From: Actinomycetota bacterium
GTDB taxonomy: Bacteria > Actinomycetota > Humimicrobiia > Humimicrobiales > Humimicrobiaceae
DNA: 56,511 bases
Direction of reading: 5' to 3'
NCBI GenBank assembly: GCA_023487035.1
Contig: JAMDEN010000098.1
Span: 1-56,511 of the forward strand
Both the position numbers and the translations under genes were made by a program. Below, in pieces: positions 1-9,262 of the stretch (positions are counted from its first letter, which is position 1; the number at the start of each line of letters is the position of its first letter). The notes under the pieces are model-generated. The model made no database searches and had not been told where the DNA came from. It worked only from the letters and a program-made list of their open reading frames with translations.

Positions 1-2
1 AA

Positions 3-1019
3 AAAAAAATTAAAGATAATTCTTATTATCAAAAAAAATACAATAATGATAAGGGAAGGGAAAATGCTCAGGGAAGAATAATAGGCTCAGAATATAAAGT
101 AAAACCTCCCAGAAAAAAAAGAAGAAGTTCTCCTGCGCTTAGACTTACCATTCTTATAATAATTGTATTTTTAGCGGGATTTTTTACTTTTTATGCTATT
201 GATAATCACTTATTCAGTAAAGATAAAACAATTGCTGATACTGCTGACACTTTAAAAGTAAACAGTTTATCAGATAATAGCCAGCCGGCAAATCAGGAAA
301 GCAAAAATTCAGTAAATATACAAGCATCACAGGAAAGTACACAACTGGCAAATAATAATACTCAAGGCAGCAATTCTCCACAGGAAGCTTCAAATAAACA
401 AATTGATTCAAGTAATGCTAATAATATAAATAATACTAATAATTCTACCGATAATATCAGCAACGCATCTGGAGTAACTGACACTGTTGCTAATGCAAAT
501 ACTGCCAGCAACGCTAATAAATCATTATGGCAAGCTTTAATTTTGTTTTTTAAAAATTTTGGTAAACAGCAAATAGAGAAAAGTACTTATCCAAGAGAGT
601 TAAAGTTAAACTTTTATTTTGCAGTTATTGGAAATGAAGGGAAATTTGGAGTTGAGCAAAGAACAATACCAGCAGGAAATGCAAAAAATGCTGTTATGAA
701 TGCAGTAAACGAATTACTTAAAGGTCCTTATGAAAATTTTAATTTTGCTGTTATTCCTGCAGGAACGAAACTTCTTGGGGCTGAAGTATCAAATAATATT
801 GCAAAAATAAATTTTTCTCAAGAATTTCTTTCAGAAAGTCTTGATAGTAGAATTTTAGATGAATATATAATATACACAATTGTTGATACATTAACTCAAA
901 TACCTGATATTCAGGCTGTTTCTTTTTCAATTGACGGCAAAGATATTACAGAATATGGCAATGTTGATTTGCGGCTGCCTGCAATCAGAAATGAAAAATA
1001 CCTTGAAAATAAAAAATGA
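3..1019 (+). CDS. GerM-domain protein, membrane anchored, 5-prime partial (frame open to the window edge)
   Basis: Hand translation shows the frame of track ORF 543..1019 stays open back to nt 3. It reads a basic stretch PPRKKRRSS, one hydrophobic helix LRLTILIIIVFLAGFFTFYAI, a long N/S/T/Q-rich linker, then a GerM-like core (AVMNAVNELLKGP ... DTLTQIPDIQAVSFSIDG). I saw no in-frame ATG in 3..542, so the start is probably upstream of the window and the TTG at 543 is probably not the true start. Confidence 0.6.
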   Translation, partial: KKIKDNSYYQKKYNNDKGRENAQGRIIGSEYKVKPPRKKRRSSPALRLTILIIIVFLAGFFTFYAIDNHLFSKDKTIADTADTLKVNSLSDNSQPANQESKNSVNIQASQESTQLANNNTQGSNSPQEASNKQIDSSNANNINNTNNSTDNISNASGVTDTVANANTASNANKSLWQALILFFKNFGKQQIEKSTYPRELKLNFYFAVIGNEGKFGVEQRTIPAGNAKNAVMNAVNELLKGPYENFNFAVIPAGTKLLGAEVSNNIAKINFSQEFLSESLDSRILDEYIIYTIVDTLTQIPDIQAVSFSIDGKDITEYGNVDLRLPAIRNEKYLENKK

Positions 1020-1120
1020 TAAAAAATAAACATAAAAAAAATATTAGAACCAGAGCAAAAAATAATAAAAAATTAACAGTATCTTTTAAAATAATTTAAA
1101 TTCCTGAATTTTAATTATTA

Positions 1121-2137
1121 TTAAATTTTTAATTTCTCTTTAATAAATTTAGCAGTATCTTCAGGTGTTGTAATACATATATCTATTCCTGTAGCTATCT
1201 CAAATCCTGCTTTTATTGACAATTTTGGTATAAGTTCAAAATGCCAGTGATAGTGGTGATCTGTTTTTGTATGGAGAGGACCTGTATGAATATAATAATT
1301 AAAAGAAGGGTTACTTAATTCATTATAAAAAAAATCAACAAGTAATTTTAAGCATTCTGAAAATGATTGAGTTTCTTCTTTACTTATATTTTCAAAGTTG
1401 CTGTAATGTCTTTTTGGTAAAATCCAAGTTTCGAATGGATTTCTTGAAGCAAAAGGCTGGATTATTACAAAATGATTATTTTCAAATATTATTCTTTTAT
1501 TTTCTTTAGCTTCAAAATCAAGTATGTCACAAACTGCACAATTTTTATGGAGTCTGTAGTATCTTAAAGTTCCGCGAAGCTCTTTTTCAAGAACAGGAGA
1601 ATTAAAAGGCAGAGCAAAAATCTGGGAATGGGTATGTTCAAGAGATGCTCCTGCATCCTTGCCCTGATTTAACATGATAATGACACTTTCTATTCTTGAG
1701 TCTTTTTTTATTTCTCTTAGCCTTCTTGCATATACATCAATGATAAGCTTTATCTGAGGTTGGCTTAACTGACTTAAATATAATATATGTTCTGAAGAAT
1801 TTATTATAACTTCATGCAGTCCAAAACCATCCATTATGCTATACATTCCATAAAGCTTTGTTCCAGGAGCAGCAACAGGTTTAAGAGCTGGAAATTTATT
1901 TGGCACAACACGTATCTGCCAGTTTGGATCTGATTTATCAATAATATCTCCATTTAGATCCATCCTTAATATTTCAGGAGGAGTCATTTCTTCATTTCCT
2001 TTATCAAACGGACAAACCATTCCTGAAGGAGTCTCGATTTTTACTTTTTCTTCTCTAAACATCTCAGGTCTTTTTGCTCTTTCAGAAGCTATTATGACCC
2101 ATTCATCCAGTATCATATCTTTTCTAAATTCAGGCAT
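1121..2137 (-). CDS. galT: Galactose-1-phosphate uridylyltransferase family (HIT superfamily) nucleotidyltransferase; substrate uncertain
   Basis: 338 aa. It has an N-terminal Cys/His region (VCPFDKGNE), a second Cys pair (CAVCD) and a His-x-His-x-Gln active-site motif (EHTHSQIF) at the position of the E. coli GalT HPHGQ motif. Confidence 0.8.
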   Translation of the reverse strand: MPEFRKDMILDEWVIIASERAKRPEMFREEKVKIETPSGMVCPFDKGNEEMTPPEILRMDLNGDIIDKSDPNWQIRVVPNKFPALKPVAAPGTKLYGMYSIMDGFGLHEVIINSSEHILYLSQLSQPQIKLIIDVYARRLREIKKDSRIESVIIMLNQGKDAGASLEHTHSQIFALPFNSPVLEKELRGTLRYYRLHKNCAVCDILDFEAKENKRIIFENNHFVIIQPFASRNPFETWILPKRHYSNFENISKEETQSFSECLKLLVDFFYNELSNPSFNYYIHTGPLHTKTDHHYHWHFELIPKLSIKAGFEIATGIDICITTPEDTAKFIKEKLKI

Positions 2138-2155
2138 TTAATTTTCCTTATTTCT

Positions 2156-2185
2156 TTATCTGATAAAATGTTATCTGATAAAATG
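2156..2185. repeat. Perfect tandem 2 x 15 nt (TTATCTGATAAAATG) just upstream of the galT-like start
   Basis: Read directly: 2156..2170 is identical to 2171..2185. It lies 19 nt from the galT-like start codon (2137, minus strand). A second direct repeat, TTTAATAAAATAG, occurs at 2231 and 2250. Confidence 0.9.
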
Positions 2186-2341
2186 ATAATAACGTAATTA
2201 TAATAATGTAACAAAAAACTTTAATATAATTTTAATAAAATAGTTTTTTTTAATAAAATAGATTTTTTTATAGTTATTTATAAAGATAATTTTATTTTTG
2301 ATTGTATTTTCTAAAAAAAATTAATTTGTGTTTTTTAAAAA

Positions 2342-2698
2342 TTACTTACAAAATAAAAGCTCTCTTACTTTTGATTTGAACTCTGTTAAATCTGAAGATT
2401 TAACGAGGTATTCATTAGCAGCCCATGTTGAAAAATTTTGCGTAAATTCACTATAAGCTGAATAAATTATAATTGGAATATTTTTATCTTCCTTTCTAAT
2501 CTTATCTAAAAGTTCAATCCCGTTCATTTCAGGCATTTTCAAATCTATTGTTATAAGATCAGGGTGTTCTTTTTTAAATAATTCATACCCTTCATTTCCA
2601 TTTCCGGCTGTAATTACCTCGTAACCTTCATCAATTAGCTCTTCTTTATATAAGTTTCTTATGGATGTCTCATCTTCAACTACAAGTACCTTTTTCAT
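2342..2698 (-). CDS. Single-domain (CheY-like) response regulator receiver
   Basis: Motifs VLVVEDE and DLITIDLKMPEMNG with a later conserved Lys region; no output domain. I prefer the start at ATG 2698 (MKKVLVV) because GGAGGA sits 8 nt upstream; the track start at 2722 has no RBS. Confidence 0.85.
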   Translation of the reverse strand: MKKVLVVEDETSIRNLYKEELIDEGYEVITAGNGNEGYELFKKEHPDLITIDLKMPEMNGIELLDKIRKEDKNIPIIIYSAYSEFTQNFSTWAANEYLVKSSDLTEFKSKVRELLFCK

Positions 2699-2872
2699 AA
2701 ATAAAATCCTCCGCAAATTCATTTAAATTATTAGATTAATATAAAAACCATAAATTAATAAAATTAACAATTTAAAAGAATAAAAAAATAAAATTATAAA
2801 AACATTTTATATTTTAAATTCAATAATTTAAATTAAATTTATTTTAGCTTATTCCAGGTTAGCTTAATTTAA

Positions 2873-4717
2873 TTAAACATTTTCGTCAATTCTTAATAAT
2901 GGCAACTTTATTGTAAAAGTTGTTCCATTTTCCCTATTACTTTCAACATCTATGTTTCCTGAATGTTCCTCAATAATTTTTTTTGTTAAAGTAAGTCCAA
3001 GTCCTGTTCCGTGAATTTTTGTTGTATAAAATGGTAGAAAAATTTTATAAAGGTCTTTTTCATTCTGAATAAAAGCTTTATTGTTGATTTTTATCTTAAT
3101 CCATTTTTGTCCGGAATCTTCAATTATTTCTGTATCCATATAAACTGTTTGCTTTGAAGTGCTGGCTTCAATAGCGTTATTTAATAAATTAATAAAAGCC
3201 TGTTTTAAATTATCATAAGAACCATTAATAATCAAATTGTACTTATCTAAAAAATTCTCACCAGATAGCAAAGTTATATTAATATTATTTTGCTCTGCAG
3301 AAATTTTAACAAGGTCAATGCAATATCTCAGTACCTCGCATAAATTAATTGTTTTAAAATCAGCCTTTTTATCTGAAGAATAATCAAGAATATCTTTTAA
3401 AATTTCTTCAAGCCTTTTAATTTCATCTGTTATTATATTAATATCATTTATGTCAAATTCCTTTTTTTCGATATATCTTCTTTTAATCCTGTTTGCATAA
3501 CCGCCTATTGAAACAAGAGGATTTCTGATTTCATGTGCTATTGTTGCTGAAAATTTTCCAAGCTCGGAAAATCTTTTTGCTTCCTGTAAAGATTTCTCAA
3601 GTTTTACTAAATCTGTTACATCTTCAAGAATACCTATAACCCCATCAATGCTGTCCTTGGAATCTTTTAATAATACAAGCATCAAATTAAAAATTGAATC
3701 ACTTGTAACATCATTCATTACGATTTTTACTTTATAAAAACCTTCAATTTTTTTTTCACTCATTACATTGGCAATCTCATCAATTAAATTAAAATCGTTT
3801 ACAAAAATTTTAAAATTTCTAATGTTTTTTCCGATAAGATTTTCTTTTGAGGTATGCATTATATCAGAAAAATTTTTATTGCATGCAGTAAGAATAAAAT
3901 TATTATCAACAACAAACATACTTAAAGGTATACTTTCAATTATGTTTTCATTGTATTCTTTTAAAATTTTTATCTGATAATTTACTTTTGCAAGATTATT
4001 TAAGCTTTCCTTCAGCTCATTATAAATAATTGTATTTCTGATGGAGGAAGCTGCAAATGAACCAAGCATCATTAAAAAAGTCATATCATCCTGAGTAATT
4101 TCTCTATTGTTATATTTATTATCTACAACCAGAAGTCCTACTTTTCTTGTTCTGCTGATTAATGGAATTAAGCAAAACTTTGGATATTGGATAAGTTCAA
4201 GAATTTCATTTTCAATTTTTGAAGCATCAATGAAGTAATCTGAATTTTCATCCAAGCTGTTTTTTGTTAAATCAACATTTACAGGCTCCCCGCCTGTTAA
4301 GCACTGATCAATTATTTTTCCAGGTGTTATTTGTATAGTTATTTTTTTTAGTCTGTCATTTAGCGATAAATTTCCCTGATCGTTTAATTTTTCCTGAGAT
4401 ATAAATTCTTCAAGTGAGTAATTTTCTTTTTGAATTTCTCCCCAGATTTTCCAGGCTTCTTCAGCTGTTTCAGTTCCTATTGCCAATCTTCCTGTAAGCC
4501 GATCCATTTTCTGATTAAGGAGAAATAAAAATGCTCTGTTAAATCCAAAACCATCGCCAAAAGTAACTCCTTTTAAGGTTATACTTAATATTTTATCCAG
4601 CTCGGTAGTTGATGCTACAATTCTGGATATACGGTTTAATATATTATATCTTCTTAAAAGATCTTCGTATTTTTTAATAATTTGTTCTTCCACTATTTTG
4701 TCTTGCTCTCCAGCCAT
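2873..4717 (-). CDS. Sensor histidine kinase with GAF-like and PAS-like N-terminal domains
   Basis: 614 aa with H-box SATIAHEIRNPL, N-box LLNNAIEAS and G-box GTGLGLTLTKKIIEEHSG. No obvious transmembrane segment, so it is probably cytoplasmic. It lies directly upstream of the receiver gene on the same strand. Confidence 0.85.
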   Translation of the reverse strand: MAGEQDKIVEEQIIKKYEDLLRRYNILNRISRIVASTTELDKILSITLKGVTFGDGFGFNRAFLFLLNQKMDRLTGRLAIGTETAEEAWKIWGEIQKENYSLEEFISQEKLNDQGNLSLNDRLKKITIQITPGKIIDQCLTGGEPVNVDLTKNSLDENSDYFIDASKIENEILELIQYPKFCLIPLISRTRKVGLLVVDNKYNNREITQDDMTFLMMLGSFAASSIRNTIIYNELKESLNNLAKVNYQIKILKEYNENIIESIPLSMFVVDNNFILTACNKNFSDIMHTSKENLIGKNIRNFKIFVNDFNLIDEIANVMSEKKIEGFYKVKIVMNDVTSDSIFNLMLVLLKDSKDSIDGVIGILEDVTDLVKLEKSLQEAKRFSELGKFSATIAHEIRNPLVSIGGYANRIKRRYIEKKEFDINDINIITDEIKRLEEILKDILDYSSDKKADFKTINLCEVLRYCIDLVKISAEQNNINITLLSGENFLDKYNLIINGSYDNLKQAFINLLNNAIEASTSKQTVYMDTEIIEDSGQKWIKIKINNKAFIQNEKDLYKIFLPFYTTKIHGTGLGLTLTKKIIEEHSGNIDVESNRENGTTFTIKLPLLRIDENV

Positions 4718-4915
4718 TTTTTCTGTTTTGTAATTTTACTGTTTTAGTAATTCCGGTAATTTATTTTAATTTTACATTACTGCCATAAATATTTTGTTAT
4801 AAAGTTATCATAATTTAAAATAAAATTAATTGTTTTAAAATTTTAAAAATTATCTTTTAAAATTTTAAAATTTACGTGATATGTATTTAGTTTTTAAATT
4901 AAATTTAATTTATTT

Positions 4916-6376
4916 TTAAATTAATTTTAAAAAAATTTCCTTGTACTGTTTTGCTGAATAATCCCATGAGAAGTCACAGTTCATTGCATTTTTTATAATT
5001 TTTGTCCATAAATTATTATCATTATAAAAATTAAGTGTATTTTTTATTGCCTGCAGCAAAGCTTTTCCGCTGTATTCAGAAAATTTAAAACCCTGCCCTC
5101 CCTCATTAATATTATCAGGCAGTTTAATTTCAGCTATTGTATCTGCAAGACCTCCCGTATTTCTAACTACGGGTATAGTTCCATATTTTAAGCTTATTAA
5201 CTGTCCAAGACCACACGGTTCGTATTTTGAGGGCATTAAAAAAATATCAGCACCTGAGTAAATTTCTCTAGCAAGTTTATCAGAAAAAGCAATATTTAAG
5301 CTGAATTTTTGCCTGTATTTTAAATATAATTCATTAAGCTGCTTCATATATTTTTCATCTCCAGTACCAAGAATTATCAGATAAATATTTTTTTGCATTA
5401 GCACATCAAATATTTCAATTAAAATATCGATACCTTTTTGTTCTGATAATCTTGATACCATCCCAAGTACAGGGGCATTATAATCAGGATTATTAAATAA
5501 ATTATTTAATAATGCTTTTTTACATATCTCTTTTCCGTCAAGCTTATTTATATTATAATTGGAAGCAATAGATTTATCGTTTTGCGGATTCCAGATTTCA
5601 TAATCAATGCCATTTATTATTCCGCTTAGATCTTTTTGTCTGACTCTTAATATGCCATCAAGCCCGTATCCGAATTCCGGTGTCAGTATTTCCTTTGAAT
5701 ATGTCGGGCTTACTGTTGTAATTTTTTCAGAAAAAACGATTCCGCCTTTCATAAAGTTAATTTTTCCGTAAAATTCAAGCTTATCCATATCAAAATACGA
5801 TTTGTCTAATTCCAGTAAATCAAGAGTATTTGCATCATATATACCCTGATAAGCAAGGTTATGGATTGTAAACACTACATGAGTGTTTTTAAAAAAGCTA
5901 TCCTGTTTTTTTAATTTTTTCTCGTTTATCAAAACAGATGTTAAAGCTACGTGATAATCATGAAGATGAATTATATCAGGACTGAATTTAATATTTTCAA
6001 GCAAGGCAAGCACAGCCTTTGATAAAAAGCCAAACCTTAAATTATTATCTGAATAATCACCTTGAGGAGTTCCATATAAATAGTCTCTATTAAAAAATTT
6101 ATCATTTTTTATAAAATAAAAATTAACTCCGCTATAATTTATTTTAAAAACATCACAATACTCAAAATAATTCCTGTTAATTCTTATTTTCAGATTATCC
6201 AATATTTTTGTTATGTCTTTATATTTTTCAAATATAAAGTTATAACCCGGCATTATAACTACTGGTTCAATATTGATTTTTTTAAAAGAAAGTGGAAGAG
6301 CTCCAACTACGTCAGCAAGCCCGCCTGTTTTTGCAAATGGAAATCCTTCTGTTGAACATATTGCTACTTTTAACAT
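4916..6376 (-). CDS. glgA: Glycogen synthase (ADP-glucose type, GT5)
   Basis: N-terminal motif EGFPFAKTGGLADVVGALP, GT-B C-terminal motif PSKYEPCGLGQL, 486 aa. Confidence 0.92.
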   Translation of the reverse strand: MLKVAICSTEGFPFAKTGGLADVVGALPLSFKKINIEPVVIMPGYNFIFEKYKDITKILDNLKIRINRNYFEYCDVFKINYSGVNFYFIKNDKFFNRDYLYGTPQGDYSDNNLRFGFLSKAVLALLENIKFSPDIIHLHDYHVALTSVLINEKKLKKQDSFFKNTHVVFTIHNLAYQGIYDANTLDLLELDKSYFDMDKLEFYGKINFMKGGIVFSEKITTVSPTYSKEILTPEFGYGLDGILRVRQKDLSGIINGIDYEIWNPQNDKSIASNYNINKLDGKEICKKALLNNLFNNPDYNAPVLGMVSRLSEQKGIDILIEIFDVLMQKNIYLIILGTGDEKYMKQLNELYLKYRQKFSLNIAFSDKLAREIYSGADIFLMPSKYEPCGLGQLISLKYGTIPVVRNTGGLADTIAEIKLPDNINEGGQGFKFSEYSGKALLQAIKNTLNFYNDNNLWTKIIKNAMNCDFSWDYSAKQYKEIFLKLI

Positions 6377-6749
6377 GATGTTCCTTTTATAGTTTTTATA
6401 ATTTTACAAAAATATAATAAAAAAAATAATTAATAAAAAAAATAAAAAAATTTTTAAAATTTTAAAAACAATAAATAAAAAGCTAAAATAATTCTTAAAA
6501 ATAAAAATTTAATCCTGGAATGGAACCAAAAACTTTATTTTGATTAAAATTATTATTTATTTAGTATATATTGTATTAATATATTAAGTTTACTATTAAC
6601 AAGCCGGGTTAACAATATATATTAAGCCTTCTTAAATTGATTAAATTGAGAAGTTATCCGGTTTACACTTTTTATAATAATATCAAAAATAAAATAAACA
6701 TAAAAATAAATACAAAAAATAAAAATTATTAACGAAGAACGTAAAAAAA

Positions 6750-9089
6750 ATGAGAAGCTTAAATAATAATGAATTTAAAAGTTTATTTACAGATTATGAC
6801 ATTTATCTTTTCAAAAATGGCACTCATTTTAAGTTATATAATAAACTTGGTGCTCACTTAATAAAAAATAATGATGAGGTGGAAAATATAAAAGAAGTTA
6901 AGGCAGAAGACAAAGCTGTAAGTGAAATAGATAGTAAGTCAGAAGGTAAAGCAGAAAATAAAATACAAAGCAAAATTGAAAATAAGATAGAAAATGAAGC
7001 AAAACATGAAATACAAGGAACATATTTTGCAGTCTGGGCTCCAAATGCAAACAGCGTAAGCGTGGTAGGTAATTTTAATGGATGGAATGAGAATATAAAT
7101 AAACTTGAGAACAGAAAAGATGAATCCGGTATCTGGGAAACTTTTATTTCTTCAGTAGGTAAGGGAGAACTTTATAAGTTCAGGATAAAGCCAAAATTTA
7201 AAACTGATTTTTTAGATAAAAGCGATCCTTTTGCTTTTTTTTGTGAAGTTGCACCAAAAACTGCTTCAATAACATGGGATTTGGATTATAACTGGAATGA
7301 TTCTGATTGGATGAGGAGAAGATATAAATATAATAGTTTAAATTCACCTCTTTCAATATATGAATTGCATCCCGGCTCATGGAAAAGAAAACATTTTAAT
7401 GCGGGCAATATTAACCCTGACAATAATAATGATAGTAATAGCAATAAGCATGGCGAAAATCATAAAGAAAACTTTAATAATAATTTTAACAATAATGGTA
7501 ATCAGAAAAATATTAATAACAATAATTACATCAGTAATATTAACAATGGTGACGTTTTTTTAACTTATCGTGAAATTGCGGTTGAATTAGTAGCTTATAT
7601 TAAAAAATGCGGATTTACTCATATTGAACTCCTTCCTGTTATGGAGCATCCGTTTTATGGTTCATGGGGATATCAGATTACAGGTTATTTTGCTCCAACT
7701 TCAAGATATGGAAATCCTCAGGATTTTATGTATTTTGTTGATTATCTTCATCAAAATAATATAGGGGTAATACTTGATTGGGTACCTTCTCATTTTCCTG
7801 ATGATTTACATGGCCTTTATATGTTTGACGGCACTCATCTTTATGAGCATGCTGATAAAAGACTTGGTTATCATCCTGACTGGAAAAGCATGATATTTAA
7901 CTATGGCAGATATGAAGTAAAGCAGTTTTTAATAAACAGTGCCCTTTTCTGGCTTGATAAATACCATATTGATGGTATAAGAATTGATGCAGTAGCTTCA
8001 ATGCTTTATCTTGATTATTCACGGAAGGAAGGGCAATGGATACCTAATAAATATGGCGGCAGAGAAAATCTTGAAGCTGTTGATTTTTTAAAACAATTAA
8101 ATGAGGTTGTTTATAAAGAATATCCTGATGTGCAAACAATTGCTGAAGAATCTACTGCATGGCCAATGGTGACAAAGCCTGCTTATAGCGGTGGACTGGG
8201 TTTTGGAATGAAATGGAACATGGGCTGGATGCATGATACCTTAAATTACTTTTCAAAAGATCCGGTTTACAGAAAACATCATCAGGATGATTTAAAATTT
8301 ACTTTCTGGTATGCTTTTAATGAAAATTTTATTTTACCCCTTTCTCATGATGAAGTTGTTTACGGGAAAAAATCACTACTTGAAAAAATGCCGGGAGACA
8401 AATGGCAGAAATTTGCAAATTTAAGGTTACTACTGAGCTATATGTATGCATTTCCTGGAAAGAAATTATTATTTATGGGAGATGAATTTGCGCAAATTAA
8501 TGAATGGAATCATGAAAGAAGTCTTGACTGGGATTTACTTGATAATAAGATGCACAATAATGTTTATTTAATGGTTAAAGATTTAAACAATTTATATAAA
8601 AAAGAAAAGCCTTTATATTCAAGTGATTTTGATTATAAAGGATTTGAATGGATAGATAATAATGATTATCAGAACAGCATTCTTTCTTTTTTAAGAATTT
8701 TTAAGGATATTAAAGAAGATAATCTTCAAAATATACAGCAGGATATTAAACAATATGTAATACCCGAGGATAAAAAACAGCATAAAAAACAGGATGAAAA
8801 AAAGGATTTGAAACAAGTTACGCAGCAAAACATTCAACAAAATGCACATGCAAGTTATATTCTTATATGCTGTAATTTTACCCCGGTTCCGAGATATAAT
8901 TATAAAATAGGTGTCCCGGCACCAGGCGAATGGGAGGAAATTTTTAACAGTGATTCTGAATTTTATGGAGGAAGCGGACATGGCAATTTTGGCAAAGTTA
9001 CAGCGCAGGAAATTGCGAGTCATAACCAGAAGTATTCAGCATGTATTACATTACCACCTCTTGCAGCAATCTTTTTTAAAAAAGTTTAA
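6750..9089 (+). CDS. glgB: 1,4-alpha-glucan branching enzyme (GH13) carrying three low-complexity insertions
   Basis: GH13 conserved regions VILDWVPSHF, GIRIDAVASMLY, AEESTAWP and LPLSHDEV. The extra K/E/N-rich segments are at roughly residues 41-88, 214-267 and 652-701. Confidence 0.92.
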   Translation: MRSLNNNEFKSLFTDYDIYLFKNGTHFKLYNKLGAHLIKNNDEVENIKEVKAEDKAVSEIDSKSEGKAENKIQSKIENKIENEAKHEIQGTYFAVWAPNANSVSVVGNFNGWNENINKLENRKDESGIWETFISSVGKGELYKFRIKPKFKTDFLDKSDPFAFFCEVAPKTASITWDLDYNWNDSDWMRRRYKYNSLNSPLSIYELHPGSWKRKHFNAGNINPDNNNDSNSNKHGENHKENFNNNFNNNGNQKNINNNNYISNINNGDVFLTYREIAVELVAYIKKCGFTHIELLPVMEHPFYGSWGYQITGYFAPTSRYGNPQDFMYFVDYLHQNNIGVILDWVPSHFPDDLHGLYMFDGTHLYEHADKRLGYHPDWKSMIFNYGRYEVKQFLINSALFWLDKYHIDGIRIDAVASMLYLDYSRKEGQWIPNKYGGRENLEAVDFLKQLNEVVYKEYPDVQTIAEESTAWPMVTKPAYSGGLGFGMKWNMGWMHDTLNYFSKDPVYRKHHQDDLKFTFWYAFNENFILPLSHDEVVYGKKSLLEKMPGDKWQKFANLRLLLSYMYAFPGKKLLFMGDEFAQINEWNHERSLDWDLLDNKMHNNVYLMVKDLNNLYKKEKPLYSSDFDYKGFEWIDNNDYQNSILSFLRIFKDIKEDNLQNIQQDIKQYVIPEDKKQHKKQDEKKDLKQVTQQNIQQNAHASYILICCNFTPVPRYNYKIGVPAPGEWEEIFNSDSEFYGGSGHGNFGKVTAQEIASHNQKYSACITLPPLAAIFFKKV

Positions 9090-9110
9090 ATCAGAAAAAG
9101 AAAGAAAAAT

Positions 9111-9224
9111 AATTTAGAAGATAATCCAGAAAGTACATTTAACAGTAATTTAGAAAATATATTGAGAAGTAATTTTGGAAATAAATTAGAAAGTAATTTT
9201 AGAAACAAATTGAAAAATAATTCG
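9111..9224. repeat. Imperfect tandem repeat of about 24 nt x 4-5 (AATTT[T]AGAAA-NNN-TTGAGAAGT-like), in frame with glgB after its stop
   Basis: Units read directly: AATTTAGAAAATATATTGAGAAGT / AATTTTGGAAATAAATTAGAAAGT / AATTTTAGAAACAAATTGAAAAAT. The glgB frame stays open from 9090 to the TAA at 9225..9227. Confidence 0.85.
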
Positions 9225-9262
9225 TAAAAAGCAAATTTGAGTAGAGAAATACAGGTAAAACT

